Part shown: one piece after another, positions 36,435 through 49,700 of the stretch | How the letters are laid out: each line of letters opens with the position of its first letter | How positions within the stretch are numbered: the first letter of the stretch is position 1 | NCBI GenBank assembly: GCA_013239625.1 | Contig: MU054049.1 | Span: 445,015-509,014, forward strand | Source: Lama guanicoe | Taxonomy: Eukaryota | Direction: 5' to 3' | DNA: 64,000 nucleotides | Program-made: the position numbers and the translations under genes | The notes under the pieces: generated by a model | What the model saw: the letters and a program-made list of their open reading frames with translations, nothing else | What the model was told of the DNA's origin: nothing | Databases searched by the model: none

Positions 36435-39400
36435 GGGTATAATTCAGCCATAAAAAAAGAGAAGGAATTGTCATTTTCAATAACATGGATTGACCTTGAG
36501 GGCATTATGCAAAATGAAATAAGATAAAGATAAATACTGTATTTTCTCACTTTTATGAGATGGTAAAAAAAAGCTGAACTCATAGAAACAGAGTAGAATG
36601 GTTCTTGCCAGGGGCTGAGGGCTGAGGGAACTGAGGAGATGATGGTTAAAGGGCATAAACTCCCAGGTATAAGATGACCAAGTTCTGGGGATCTAATGCA
36701 TCCCATGGTGACTATAGTTAACGATACTGTATTATATACTTGAAAGTAAAGAGAGTCGATCTTAAATGTTACTACCACAAAAAGAATGGTAATTGTGTGA
36801 CAGGATGTGTTAACTAACTTATTGCGGTAATCAATTTGCAATATATATATGTATCAAATCATCACATTGTATACCTTAAACATGTCAATAATTTTGAAGC
36901 TGAGAAAATAAAACAAAATAAAATGAAATAACAGGCACCCGAAAAAAGAAAGAAGAAAAATTGTCTAAAATAATCCTTGTAATACAAATGTTAGATTCCC
37001 ATAAACTCCTATGATGGTAGAATTTGCAGTTTGAAAAAAAATAGTATAATATGAGCAAAAGAGGCTTAAAAGGACTAATTTTACCACTAAGCCCATGGAG
37101 CCTTTATAAATATTTAATGTTCACTGATATCAGGCAATAAAATCATTGATGATGTTTCACACTGGGTCTCGGCAATAGCAGGTAAGACGGAATCAATTTA
37201 CATTCACCATCTCCATCATGAAAGTGCTACTCTGTGATTTCAATAAAATATTTATATATTTATTTGGTTTTGCTGCAAAGACTATGCCAGCTTTATCTTC
37301 TATATTTGGTTCTGCCTCTGAATGTTTCACGATTTTGTTTCCTAGTTGATCCCGTGACCCAGGACCCCAGGGCCCAGTGACACAGCTCCCCTGTGAATTT
37401 GTCGGCACCAAACAAAACACCCATGAGCAGGAGGTGCTGTGACTTACTCCCCTGGAGCCATGAATGCCAGACATGCCTTCTAGAGCTAAAAGCAGCGCGC
37501 GCGCACACACACACACACACGACCCTGTTGGAGTGTAGCAAAACCTGCCAGACAGCCAGCTGCTCAACTGAGGACACCGAGGCTCAGAGAGGGCAAGGAG
37601 CTATCCAAAGTCACACAGCAAGTAAGTGGCACTGCTCTGACTCTACTGGACTGGACTCCAGGGTCCACATTTCAAGCCCAGGGTTCCCAAAGGTTCATGT
37701 GCATCCAGATCACCTGGGTTCTTTTTCAAATGCAGATTCTGATTCAGGAGCCTGAAACTCTGCACTCCTAGCAAGATCCCAGGCGATGCGTATGCAGAGA
37801 CCACTCTGAATACAGACGAGCGAGACCACTATGTTATATTGTTCCCTTTTGTAACTGAAGAAGAAACAACGGCGAGAGATCAACAGCACACGTGATATAT
37901 CCCAGCACTCAAAGCCAGACCTCACTAGACTGAGAAGATAGTGTCTACTCACCAGGTGTAACTCCGGGAGAGCTCATCTGAGCGTTAAACCCATGCTGGG
38001 CGCAGCAGAGTCCCAGTAAATATTTACAGGTCTTGGCTGAATCGGTGACAAATGTGTGCTTTTTCCCAGTGATGCTGCTTGTGATGATGAACTTCTTTCG
38101 CTGAAGGAAGCAAACACAGACTTTAATGTTTCGATCATCCTTACCCATCCACGGAAGCACAACTATCCAGAAAATAACCAAATGCGGAGCCGTCAGTTGG
38201 ATACGAATGGACTGGGCATCTAGAGGTAGGTGGCAGATGTCTGACTACGGCCCGATATTTTTTCTTAGACCAAAGACAACCCCTTTTTTTTTTTAATTTT
38301 TCCCTTCATTCATAAATCAAATGTTTGTTTATTAGGCATTTGCTATCTGCCAAGGAGTGTGCTAGCTGGAAAGAATGTGAAATGTGTTCACTACATGCTT
38401 GGCCCTCAGCAAGGAGTGAATATAATCCTCAATGTGCATTTTGGGGTTTTTGCATCTTTTTTTTTTTTTTTGAAGTATAGTCAGTTACAGTGTGCGAATT
38501 TCTGGTGTACAGCATAATGTTTCAGTCACACATATACATATATATAGTCGTTTTCATACTCTTCTTCATTAAAGGTTACTATGAGATATTGAATAAAGTT
38601 CCCTGTGCTACATGGAAGAAATTTGTTTTTATCTATTTTTATATATAGTGGTTCATATTTGCAAATCTTGAGCTCTCAGTTTATCCCTTCCCACCCCCCT
38701 CTCCCTCAGTAACCATAAGACCATTTACTATGTCTGTGAGTCTGTTTCTGTTTTGTAGATGAGTTCATTAGTGGCTTCTTTTTTATTTTTTCAGATTCCA
38801 CATATGAATGATATCCTATGGTTTTTTTCTTTCTCTTTCTGGCTTACTTCACTTAGAATAACAATCTCCACTTCCATCCATGTTGCTGCAAATGGCATTA
38901 TATCATTCTTTTTACTGCTGAGTAGTATTCCATTGTAAATTTTTTTTTTCCCACAGCTTCTTTATCCAGTCATCTGTCGATGGACATTTAGGCTGTTTCC
39001 ATGTCTTGGCTATTGTGTATAGTGCTGCTGTGAGTATTGAGGTGCATGTATCTTTTCAAATTAGAGTTCCCTCTGGATATATGCCCAGGAGTGGGATTGC
39101 TGGATCATATGGCAAGTCTGTTTTTAGTTTTTTGAGGAATCTCCATACTGTTTTTCATAGTGGCTGCACCAAATTATATTCCCAACCAACAGCGTAGGAG
39201 GGTTGCCTTTTCTCCACACCCTCTCCAGCATTTATCATTTGCGGATGATGGTTTTTAAAGATGGTCATTCTGACTGGTGTGAGGTAATACCTCATTGTAG
39301 TTTTAATTTGCATTTCTCTGATAACTAGTGATCTCAGTTTGAAAGGCCAGTAAATATACCTGTAATTTTCATTGTACAAAATCCCAGAAGTTGAAGGTAC

Positions 39401-40711
39401 AATCTCAGCTAGCAGGGTTACAGAAAAGAGAAAAGCACATATGTATTTTCATGTTTCATGGTATTATGTGCCAGGCTCTGTTCTGAGTGTTTTCTGGGTA
39501 TTGATTCATTTCATCCTCAAAGCTACGGAACAAAGGAGACACCATCATTATGCTCTTTCTACAGATGAGGGACCAGACCAAGACTTCTCAGAATGCAGCA
39601 GGAATTGAGGTCACATCACATCATAAATGTGCTTCCCCACATTTATACCATCAAAGCCCACACATATCTATTAAAAAAAATGATCCACACACAAACTGAT
39701 ATTTGCACATCTCACTGGGATACACTGGAGAGGATTATCTATATGGGGTTAGATTATCTGTAGGGAAAAAAATTCTTGGAACAAAATCTGTAACTTTTAC
39801 CAATATATAATTCTAAATAAGAACAATAAAATACAAAGTAGGAGAGATTATATTATATATAAATTTATATATAACTTCCAAATAAAATCTCTATTCTACA
39901 TATTTCAGTAAGAACCTTGAGTTTGCTCCTACAAGGTCAACTATAAATGCAGGGTTTATGCTTGAAAGGGCTCCCTGAATCCCATGATCCTTTTTAATAC
40001 TTATCCCTTTTAATTCATGAGAGTCAGCAGTCCCAAGAAACTCCATTCACACAGTCAGATATTAACAAAAGGCAGATAACTATTCATTGCTTTTCCTTCA
40101 AGAAACTCCTTTTTATCATTAACCTAATTTCAAATAATTTGAGCATTCTCTAAATATTCTTTTCTTTTATTAACAGTGTTGACCCTCCTTATATGAATGT
40201 GAATGGATTTTGAATCCAATTGAATTCTACTACATGTAATATTTTTTCATATAATGTGTTTTCTCAAACATTCATAGATGTTGTCCTACTGGCTTTAATA
40301 ATTCTTCCTTAGTATTCAAATTATAATAATGCCTAAACTCCACTAGCTGATCACTTTATGCACAGTGTTCCAAAGCGGAATATTTGCTTAGAATCCAACC
40401 ACTTTGTCAGTATGCACTGATATGTTTTCGTATAGTCTTGACAATTTTATATCAAGTTCATTCGGGTATTAAAAATTTTTAGATAAGTCATTTTAAAAAA
40501 ATTGAATAACTCTTACAGACATAAAAAACAAACTTATGGTTACCAATGGGGAAGGGGAGGGTGGAGAGGGATAAATTGAGAGTTCAGGATTTGTAGACAG
40601 TAACTGTGAATATAAAATAAACAACAGGGTCCTGCTGTATAGCACAGGGAACAATATTCAATACCTTGTAATGGCCTACAATGAGAAAGAATATAAAAAG
40701 GTATATATGTG

Positions 40712-40752
<41 letters not shown>

Positions 40753-43700
40753 CATTAGGCTGTCCACCAGAAATTAACACAATATTATAAATCAACTATA
40801 CTTCAATTACAAAAATAAAACTAAATTAAATTAATGTCATCTTTTCCTAAGCTTTGAATTATTAAACAATTTATTGAGTGCCAAAAAATCAAATAACTCT
40901 TCTTTAACAAATCTGAAAAGAGGATCATTCACAAACACACATACACATGCCAATCTTTCTTTCAGCTCATAAACTCTTGGCAAACTCTTGTCCTTTTGGA
41001 TATCAGCGCTCTAAGGTATTAGACACTGCAGGGAGTAGAATTTTTATCTTATTTCTTGGCATAAAGCTGACAACAGTCTTGACTGTAGTGATTTGGATTT
41101 TTTTTGGATTTTTTTTTTCCATTTTGATAACATCATTTAATGGGAAATTCGAATCTGCAGGCCAGCTTTCACAGAGGCTTGGTGCTCTATGAATAAGACG
41201 ACGTATAACTTGAATCTCAGGGCTTTCAGCACAAGTACGAAAAATTTATTTACATCCCTGTTGTTGCAGAACAAAAATACTTGGTGCTTCTGTAACAGCA
41301 TGTTTGTTTAAAAGCATCAGATCACCATTTCAAATATTTCATCCCCAGTAGTTTCATTGTCATTGTTGTTTTTTCACAGGCTCGTTTGTTTGATTTGACA
41401 CATCCTTGCAGAATAATAATAATCTTCCAGATAGAGGCAGATGTGCCATGAAGCTAAGGAAGCCAAAGCTCTAGCTCCCTACTTGGAAGACTGTTTCCAG
41501 GGAGGGTCCTGGCAATCGACGTCTTCATGTGTTCTTATAAAATGTGGAAAGTAAGATGTTTTCACCACAATCCATTATGACCATGGACTCTTCTTTCTGC
41601 TGCAACTGATTCTTACTTTTCTCGCCTTAGGTAACGTTGCATGGTGGGGAAGCAGAGCTCACTAAGGAGAAGTCGAGATGGGGCTACATTTTGTGTAGAT
41701 TTAATGGGATTTATTTATGCAGTTTGCAGTCTCTTCTGCAATAGTTTATTGTCAGGCATCCCAGAATACTCCTTCCATTGGACCAACTCACCCAAAGTCT
41801 CAGCATAAAGATACAGGACCAACGGCCATGTGAAATTGACCATGCCCTACAGTACCCAGCACCGGAAGTATGCGGCGTCAGCCCAGGAGGAGCACGAGGT
41901 TTGACATGCACAGACCCAGAGGCCAGTCTGGGAGAAATATTTTCAATCATCAGAAATGGAAAACTTATTTAAGTCTCAAAAACACCTAATTAAGTGGAAG
42001 TCTTATCCTAGTAGGGATATACTTTATAATTGCATATCTTGCATTGCCAATATAGCACACAGTTGTTTTTTTTTTTCTTTTCTTGATGGATTCACACAAT
42101 ATGGAATTTTCTGGTTGTTCTGTGTTGGTAGCACAGAAACCTGTAGCAGCACCACAAAGAGCAAGTACGTCTCAGTTGCAAAGCTGCATGTTTTATGCAT
42201 CTTATCAATAATAAAAACAACTTTCAATCAGCCTCACTAGGAGAAAGACTAAATTATGTTTCTCTCCTCTGTAGGGAAAATGACATTATAAAGTATCATC
42301 ACATAGAAAAGTAATCAGAGCGTATGCCACCAAAAATTTGAAAGAAAAAAAAAGAATTATAGAGTTGATCAGGGAGTTCATTAATTAGAATATTACTTTT
42401 TGAGCTTCTGTGATTTTGCAGTAGTTGTTCAAGCTTTTTTAAATTCACAAGTTGTGGTGATTTCTTTTCTCATTTGAAATGAACAGTCACCTTAAAACCT
42501 TGTTTGTATTTGGAACTTGATGTTCTTGCTCTGAAAGAGAGCCCTGCAGAGCCTGGATTCTCCCAGCTTTCATGGATTTCTCTTCAGACATTGTAACTAG
42601 TGCTAATAGCCAAAAGCAGTTATTTACACAGGTGGGGTCCTGGTTCTACAATGAACACTTTCTAGATTGAAGAGGCCTCTGAAATGATGTCTCTGTCACA
42701 GACAGGCGGCCGATGCATCTGCGAATCACACTTGTTGAAAAACGGCATTTTTCTCTCCTTTCTTTGCTACTTCTCTCCAGGCTGACAAAAAAAACCAACG
42801 TCTGCAATTGTTTGAAGCGTTTTGGCTTCCACTGTTAATTAGGCAAATTTGAAACTAGTTTCCTGAGCTCATTCTTGAATGGTTCCTAGAGTTCCCGTAT
42901 TTTGCTTACAGAAGCTCGAGGAGTTCAAGTCATTTTCTGTGTAAGATGCCTGGTTTGTAGCAAGTAGATGACGATGTCACTTTCCAGGATGAATTTTCCA
43001 TTAAAAAAGGAACTTTATGCCGAGGAAGAGGCTGATCATCAGAACGTGGAAATCCTAATTAATGACAAGGGTGTTTTTAAGCTACTCAGTTTGTTTGGAG
43101 AAAATTTCCAGCTTTAATCGAGAAATTGTCTGTGGTTGTGGGGAAAATAAATATCCGTAAAACTGAAACCAACTTAAATATAAAATACTTTAGGAGACTG
43201 TTACATTTTCTGGCTTCAAAGAACTCTGTTTTTCAAAATTACTCTGTAGGTTGTCTGCATTTTTACAAATGTTTTAAAACAACTTACATTGAGAATTCTG
43301 AACAATTAAACATGAGATAAAGAAAACAGGAAGTGATGATGCAAAGGTATTGCATAAATTCAACAATTAAAATTCTTCAAATAATCTTTCAGTTGAATTA
43401 AAGTAATTTGACTCATTAAGATTCCGAAACATTCACAAATATAAATATCAAGTGCTTTTACAGAAGGTCAGAAATATTTGGGGCAAAGTCAGTTTCCTGA
43501 TATTATAAAGGCCACTTTAATGAACTCAATTAAATTATGCTCAATCATCATTTATTTTTAGATGTAAGCTTTTTTCCCTAAAGACAAACAATACTTTATT
43601 GTGAAATCCTATCAAGAATCACACTTCAACGGTACGTTAACTTCAACAGCTAAGATGGGAAAACACAAGAAACACTGAGAAAATGAATAAAACTGATTAT

Positions 43701-46700
43701 GTTCTACTTAGGGAACTCGAACATCAGATAATGATGACAAAAAGCAAAACCAAAGAATCAGGTAATGGAAAAAAAATTTAAAAAAAGCTCTAGTTAGTGT
43801 GAAAAAATTTTTAAACCACAAGAAAACTTAAGAAAAGAAAGAAAAACTAAAATTTCTCCTGGGCCACAAGTCACAAAACTTTATGTTTGATAATGAAATC
43901 ACTGCTGACGTAACAGCATACTGACTGGGATGACCCATAGGACAGGAGGGGCCATTACCTACTGGACATTAATCTGCTCTGGACACACACATGTTTTTGA
44001 TGCCACGTTTACTATAAATAAATTCAGGAACCGTGACTACTCCAGCAAGTGGTGTTCAAACGTTATTTCAAACATTGTACATTTAATAGGGGTTTTGGGG
44101 GTGGGGGCGTTAAAATAAGGCTTTTATAGTTTCAATAGCTGTCAAAGATTTGCACACTTGTTGTCCACGGGAGACAGGCCGGATGCCTGGGCACAATGTG
44201 TACAAAGGGAGAATTAAAATACAAGGAAAATGTTTCAAAACTTTACAGACTTCACTGTACCCGCAGTATACACTCTCCTCCCCCATCGCCCACCTCCGAC
44301 CTTGCTCTCAACATCAGAAGATTCCCCAAATTAAGAGAACTTCACCCAGAGGGAAAGTGTAGCCCTTTAGGCCAATCGCTGTCCATGGGGGTGAAGGGGG
44401 ACTGGGTGAGGGGTTGTAGAGAAGAAATGGTCTCCTGGGGACCCTCAAATCCCCTGGTAGATTCTTCCAAACATGCCACAGTGCATCAGAGCACAGGTTA
44501 GCTGACGGGCTGTGAGCTTATCTGCTTAGGAGATCACCTGACCCGCTGCTCCTGTAAAGGGGTTAACAGATCAAAGGCAAAGGAAGCCCAGGTCAGTATC
44601 AACTGAGCCACACTCACATAAGCCAAAATCTTTTCAATTTCTCTCCACTGAAACCGTAAAGTTGCAATTCTGCTGTTGTTTCTCACTTCGTATACTATGA
44701 CACCCTTGGCACAGATTCCCAAGGCCATCTCCCCTTCTGGCCTCGTCTTCTCTGGGAGAACTTGGTAAACCAGCACACCGTATTCTGGGAGCTGCTGAGT
44801 GACCTGGAATGAGAAAAAAGCCAATTTAGAACAGACAGGCAAATTGGTCTAAAATAATGGATTTCAAACCACTCCATGAAAAACACCTCTAAACAGATGG
44901 TCTGGGAAAAAAAGAGCAGGGTTGCCAAATATGTTAGGAAACACTGAGCGAAACAAATCTCCTTATTACAGAATTTCTCTGCACCTCTAATATGGTAATG
45001 TTTTCCTGTTTTATTAGCCCAAGGAATCCTTTCCTAAAGGAGTACTTTAAGACACTTGGAACACAGTTATGAAAATGATTCAATAAAGGAAGAATATTCT
45101 GAACAAGGTTGTAGAATTCAGACTATTCTGAGTCATCTCAAGGTAAGGGGTTCCTTTTTCCAGAGTCTACTGCGGTATTATCTGATGCAACCCCTTTGTT
45201 TCACAGATGGAAAAACTGAGGCCCAAGCACAAAAAGCAGCCTTCCAAAGGATCAGCATCACTGTTAAAGCAAGATGAGCCATGAACATCCTGCAGAGAAA
45301 ATGACCAATCAGGTGCCTTGGTGGGGTCCCCAGAGCCCATGACCTGTTTTCAGTTTACCAGGTTAGGAGGTGGAATTTTGTCATGGGTCAGTCAGAGCTG
45401 GGGACTGCACCAGGCCAGCCACATTGTTAGGAGGCTGGAGCAAATGCAAATATTTTTATGTCTGAATGGTAATCACATCTCTATCATTTTCCTTTTCACC
45501 TGGAGGACACGAGTCCTCACCAGAAGGTTGACGCACCTGGGCTCACAGCAGCGACATCTTGCTCCAGGCGTGTGAAACTCTCATAAGGGTTTCATTGGTG
45601 AGCTCTAATTTCCCATCTCTACCCCCAAACAGAGGGCTGTCTGTCCTGTCCAATCTCTCTCATCCCCAGGCACAGTGACAAAAATGAGGACAAATTATGG
45701 CTTTTGAGAGCTCCTTTCTCAGGCTTCCTGCTGACCTTTCTCCCTTTGCTGATAAACGATATGTGCATAGAGGTCACGCTGCCTGCAAAACCTACAACTC
45801 TTTATGTGACCTTTATCGAGTGTCTGGCCCCTAAACCTCCCTGCTTTTCTTAACTTTGGAGACACTCTGTCACCATCATCTTCATCATCATCATCATTCA
45901 AAACAATATTCACTGGACTCTGGTTCTGAAGTATCCAATGGCCAGACCAGGCATGTGCTTAAAGTATGACAAAGCAAGGCCATCCCAAAACAACTAAGTA
46001 AATTCTTTTAAAGAATTTGATACGATACATCTTTTAAAAAATTGAAACATTAAAATAGTCCCCATTAGAATAGAAATGTCTTTGCTAGACTTGCTTATAT
46101 TTTTTTAATTGTTTAGTATTTTAAAAAAAATTTTAATCATGTAGAGAGGGATATGATACTGAAGTATTTGGAGCCACGAAATTCTTAAAATGGTAAAGTG
46201 CCATTCTGAACGTTCTCCAAGCATTCTTTCATTTAATCTTCACAGCAATCATAAAGATAGGTGGCACTCTCTCTCTTCAAAGAAAAACATGGTACAGGAA
46301 GCTTAAGCAATCATCAAAGGTCCCACTTGGAGCCAAACATGGAAACATGAATCTGTTTGCCTTTTTTTTTTTTTTCAGGGGGGTTTTTTTTTCCCTCTTT
46401 TTTTTTTTTTATTGTGTGTGTGTGTGTGTGTGTGTGTTTTTTTTTGGTGGAGTGAGGTAACCAGGTTAATTAATTAGTTAATTAATTTTTTGATGGCAGT
46501 ACTAGGGATTGAACCGAGGACCTTGTGCATGCTAGGCATGCACTCTACCACTGAGCTATACTCCCTTGAGTCTGTTTGCTTTTGAGTCTTCACTCTTAAT
46601 GACTAAAATACAGTTTCCATAAAGTCTGGAAATATCAGTAAATATATGTAATGTCATTAAGTGCGTCTTCAGTCTATAAAAAAATAAATAATAATATCTA

Positions 46701-49700
46701 TGTCTCCATGCTCTGCTAAGGAATCTTCTGGGGCACCTCTCCTCCTCCACAGTGTTGCTACTGCTGATTTTCCTCTCTGAGGGTCCCTTCATCTCCTTAG
46801 ATCTGCGTAGGTCCATCTCACTGGTTTCCCCTTATCCCTCCAGTGGGCTGCAAAGTTAAGATTGGACTCAGGCTCTCCTGGCTCCCAGCCCACCCAGCAC
46901 ACTTGCTGTACTCAAAACTGTCAGAACAAATAGATTGTTTCCAGATACTCTTCAAGAGATTTACATAGCAGCACTATTTACAATAGCTAAAACATGGAAG
47001 CAACCTAAATGTCCATCGACAGACAGCTGGATAAAGAAAATGTAGTGTATATATATATATATACATACATACACACAATGCAATACTACTCGGCCATAAA
47101 AAATAATAAAATAATGTCATTTGCGGCAACATAGATGGACCTGGAGATCATCATACTAAGTGAAGTAAACCAGAAAGAGAAAGAAGAATACCATATAATA
47201 TCACTTATATGTGGAATTAAAAAATAGACATAAATGAACTTACTTATAAAACAAACAGACTCACAAACACAGAAAACAAACTAATGGTTACCAGGGGGGG
47301 AAAAGGGGTGGGAAGGGATAAATTGGGAGTTTAAGATTTCAGATACTAACTACTATATATAAAATTGATAAACAACAGGTTTATACTGTATAGCACAGGG
47401 AACTCTATTCAATGTCTTGTAGTAACCTATAATGGAAAAGAATACAAAAACAAATATGTGCATGTATATGGCTGAAACATTTTGCTGTACACCAGAAATT
47501 GACACAACATTGTAAACTGACTATACCTCAACAACAACAAAAAGTAAATGAAAGAAAAAAGAAAAAAAGAGATTTCGACCAATTCATATCCTTTGACCCT
47601 GGGACTCTGTCCTAAGAAAACATACTGGATAATCAAGACGAACCCTTGATCACAGTGGTATTTGGTGCTGACTTGCAGAATTGGGTTTAGAGGGGTTAGT
47701 TCCTGTAGGTAAATGGTTTCCTAAAGATAGCACTGCCTTAAAAGAGATTATCAGGGAGGCTTTACAAAGGATGCTTACAAAGCATTTGTAATTATCTGGG
47801 GAATGCATATGTTACAATGCTAAGTAGGGGAGAAATACTGGGTATAACTGGTGTGACTTCAATAGCAAAAAGGAAAAAAAAACAGAAAAGAAAGAAAATA
47901 TTTTAACAGCATATTTTGCAACCTCTGGTTAGGTGGGAAAAATGGTTCCATGGTTTAAGAAGTTTGGAAAACACTGAGTTAACCTGGAGCAGGTTGTTCT
48001 GGGACTGACACGCTAATGTAGCTGTGAATCTTGCAAAGAGAGTGTGTTACTCAGCGTTCCCCAAATTGGACTTCCGCCAAGACTCTTCCTAGTGCGAGAC
48101 GATGAACTAGCAGAATTAGTCATTGGTGACCCAGAGGCCAACAGGAGCTATCTGATAATGGAACAGACAGCCATGAGATGCTCTAATTAAATAATCCAGC
48201 AACTGCTTATGGAGTAACTGGGCCTTGTGGGGGTCTCTGGGGATCCCAGGCTTTCCAACATTTACAACCTAGTAGAGGGGACAAGAAAGGAACAAATGAC
48301 AGCCATGAAGGGTGTCAGCAATAGGTATCAACATTGTTCACAATGTTCTTAACCTTCGACCCTGTAATCACACTCATGACAGTCTCTCCCCAAGAAATTA
48401 AGCACAAATGCAGCTAAAGACTTATGTAGGAAAAAAATAGTTATCTCAGTATTGTTTAAAACAGTCACATATTTGAAACAATTTATGTGCCAAACAACAG
48501 AGTATTGAGAAAAAATTTAGGATACACCACATGCTGATTCAAAATAAAGATTCAAAATTTTAGAGGGATGGGATTATTAAAAAAAGCCACAAAAGTGACT
48601 ACATAGTATAAATCCAATTTTAAATATATATACATATACACGTTACTGCTTAAAGAGAGGAGGATGAATATACCCAAGTGTAATTATATTATCTCCACGG
48701 GGCAGAATCACGATCAAATGGTTCCTCTTAAAATCACGGGGAAAAGGACTTGGTTAATAAACACTAGCCCTAACAGGAGGACTCGCAACGTCACCAAGCC
48801 CTCTCTAGTTCATATCTGCTCCGCGGGCAGGCCCAGTATTAGCAAGCCTAGCCAACCGCCGAGGGGAACCACGAAAGCCTGTGTTTCCTGAAACCGGTGA
48901 GATCACTTGCAAATCAAGTCAAATCTATTCAGTGTTTTCCATCAAAGACGGAAAAAAAAAATAGAGATGATCATACTAAGTGAAGTAAGTCAGACAGAGA
49001 AAGATAAGTATCATATGACATCACTTATATGTGGAATCTTAAAAAACTCACAAATGAACTTATTTACAAAACAGAAACAGACTCACAGACATTGAAAACA
49101 AACTTATGATTACCAGTGGGGAAAGGGGGAGGTGGAAGAGATAAATTGGGAGTTCGGGATTTGTAGATACTAACTACTATATATAAAATAGATGAACAAC
49201 AAGGTTCTAGTATGTAGCACAGGGAACTATGTTCAGTATCTTGAAATAAACTATAATGGAAAAGAACTGGAAATATATATATATATAACTGAATCGCTTT
49301 GCTGTACACCTGAAATTAACACAATCTTGTAAATCAATAATACTTCAATTAAAAAAAAATCGCCTGCGTTTCTGCTTATGAGATGATGGTTTCCTTTACA
49401 ATCACTTGTCATCATTCAACCAGAGGAAGGAGGGACACAGTGAGCCCGGCACTCTAAGCCGGGGCTTGGGCAGAGGCAGGTCCCATCATCCACCTGCAGG
49501 AGCCCCTGCACACCTGAGCCCTTGGCCTCTCTGCTGGCTCTGCGGTCCTGTGGCCACTCTCCATCAGACGTGCTGATGTCTTTAAAGTCCCCACTTGTCC
49601 CTGGTCAAGGGAAAGCTCTTGACAGGGAACATCAGGAAGGCTGAATTATGGAATGCAGTGGGCGCCTTTCTACCAGGGCTTCTCAAATGAAAGGCTTGAG

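Larger units (their letters stand above)
39950..43200 (-). mobile_element. Decayed hAT-Charlie transposon (transposase fossil), interrupted by nested insertions
   Basis: Minus-strand remnants [10 protein letters not shown] (~41350), LNDVIKM (~41140), [15 protein letters not shown] (~41094), RVYELKE (~40977) and [18 protein letters not shown] (~40075) are in the order expected for Charlie/Buster transposases. The extent beyond 42570 is less certain. Confidence 0.7.

Noticed and set aside
36293..36841. 182-aa minus-strand ORF and similar ORFs at 39006, 51785 and 59117
   Set aside because: All fall within decayed L1 3' ends; not independent genes.
46495..46565. tRNA-Ala-like sequence
   Set aside because: It is the head of a SINE with tail and TSDs, not a tRNA gene.
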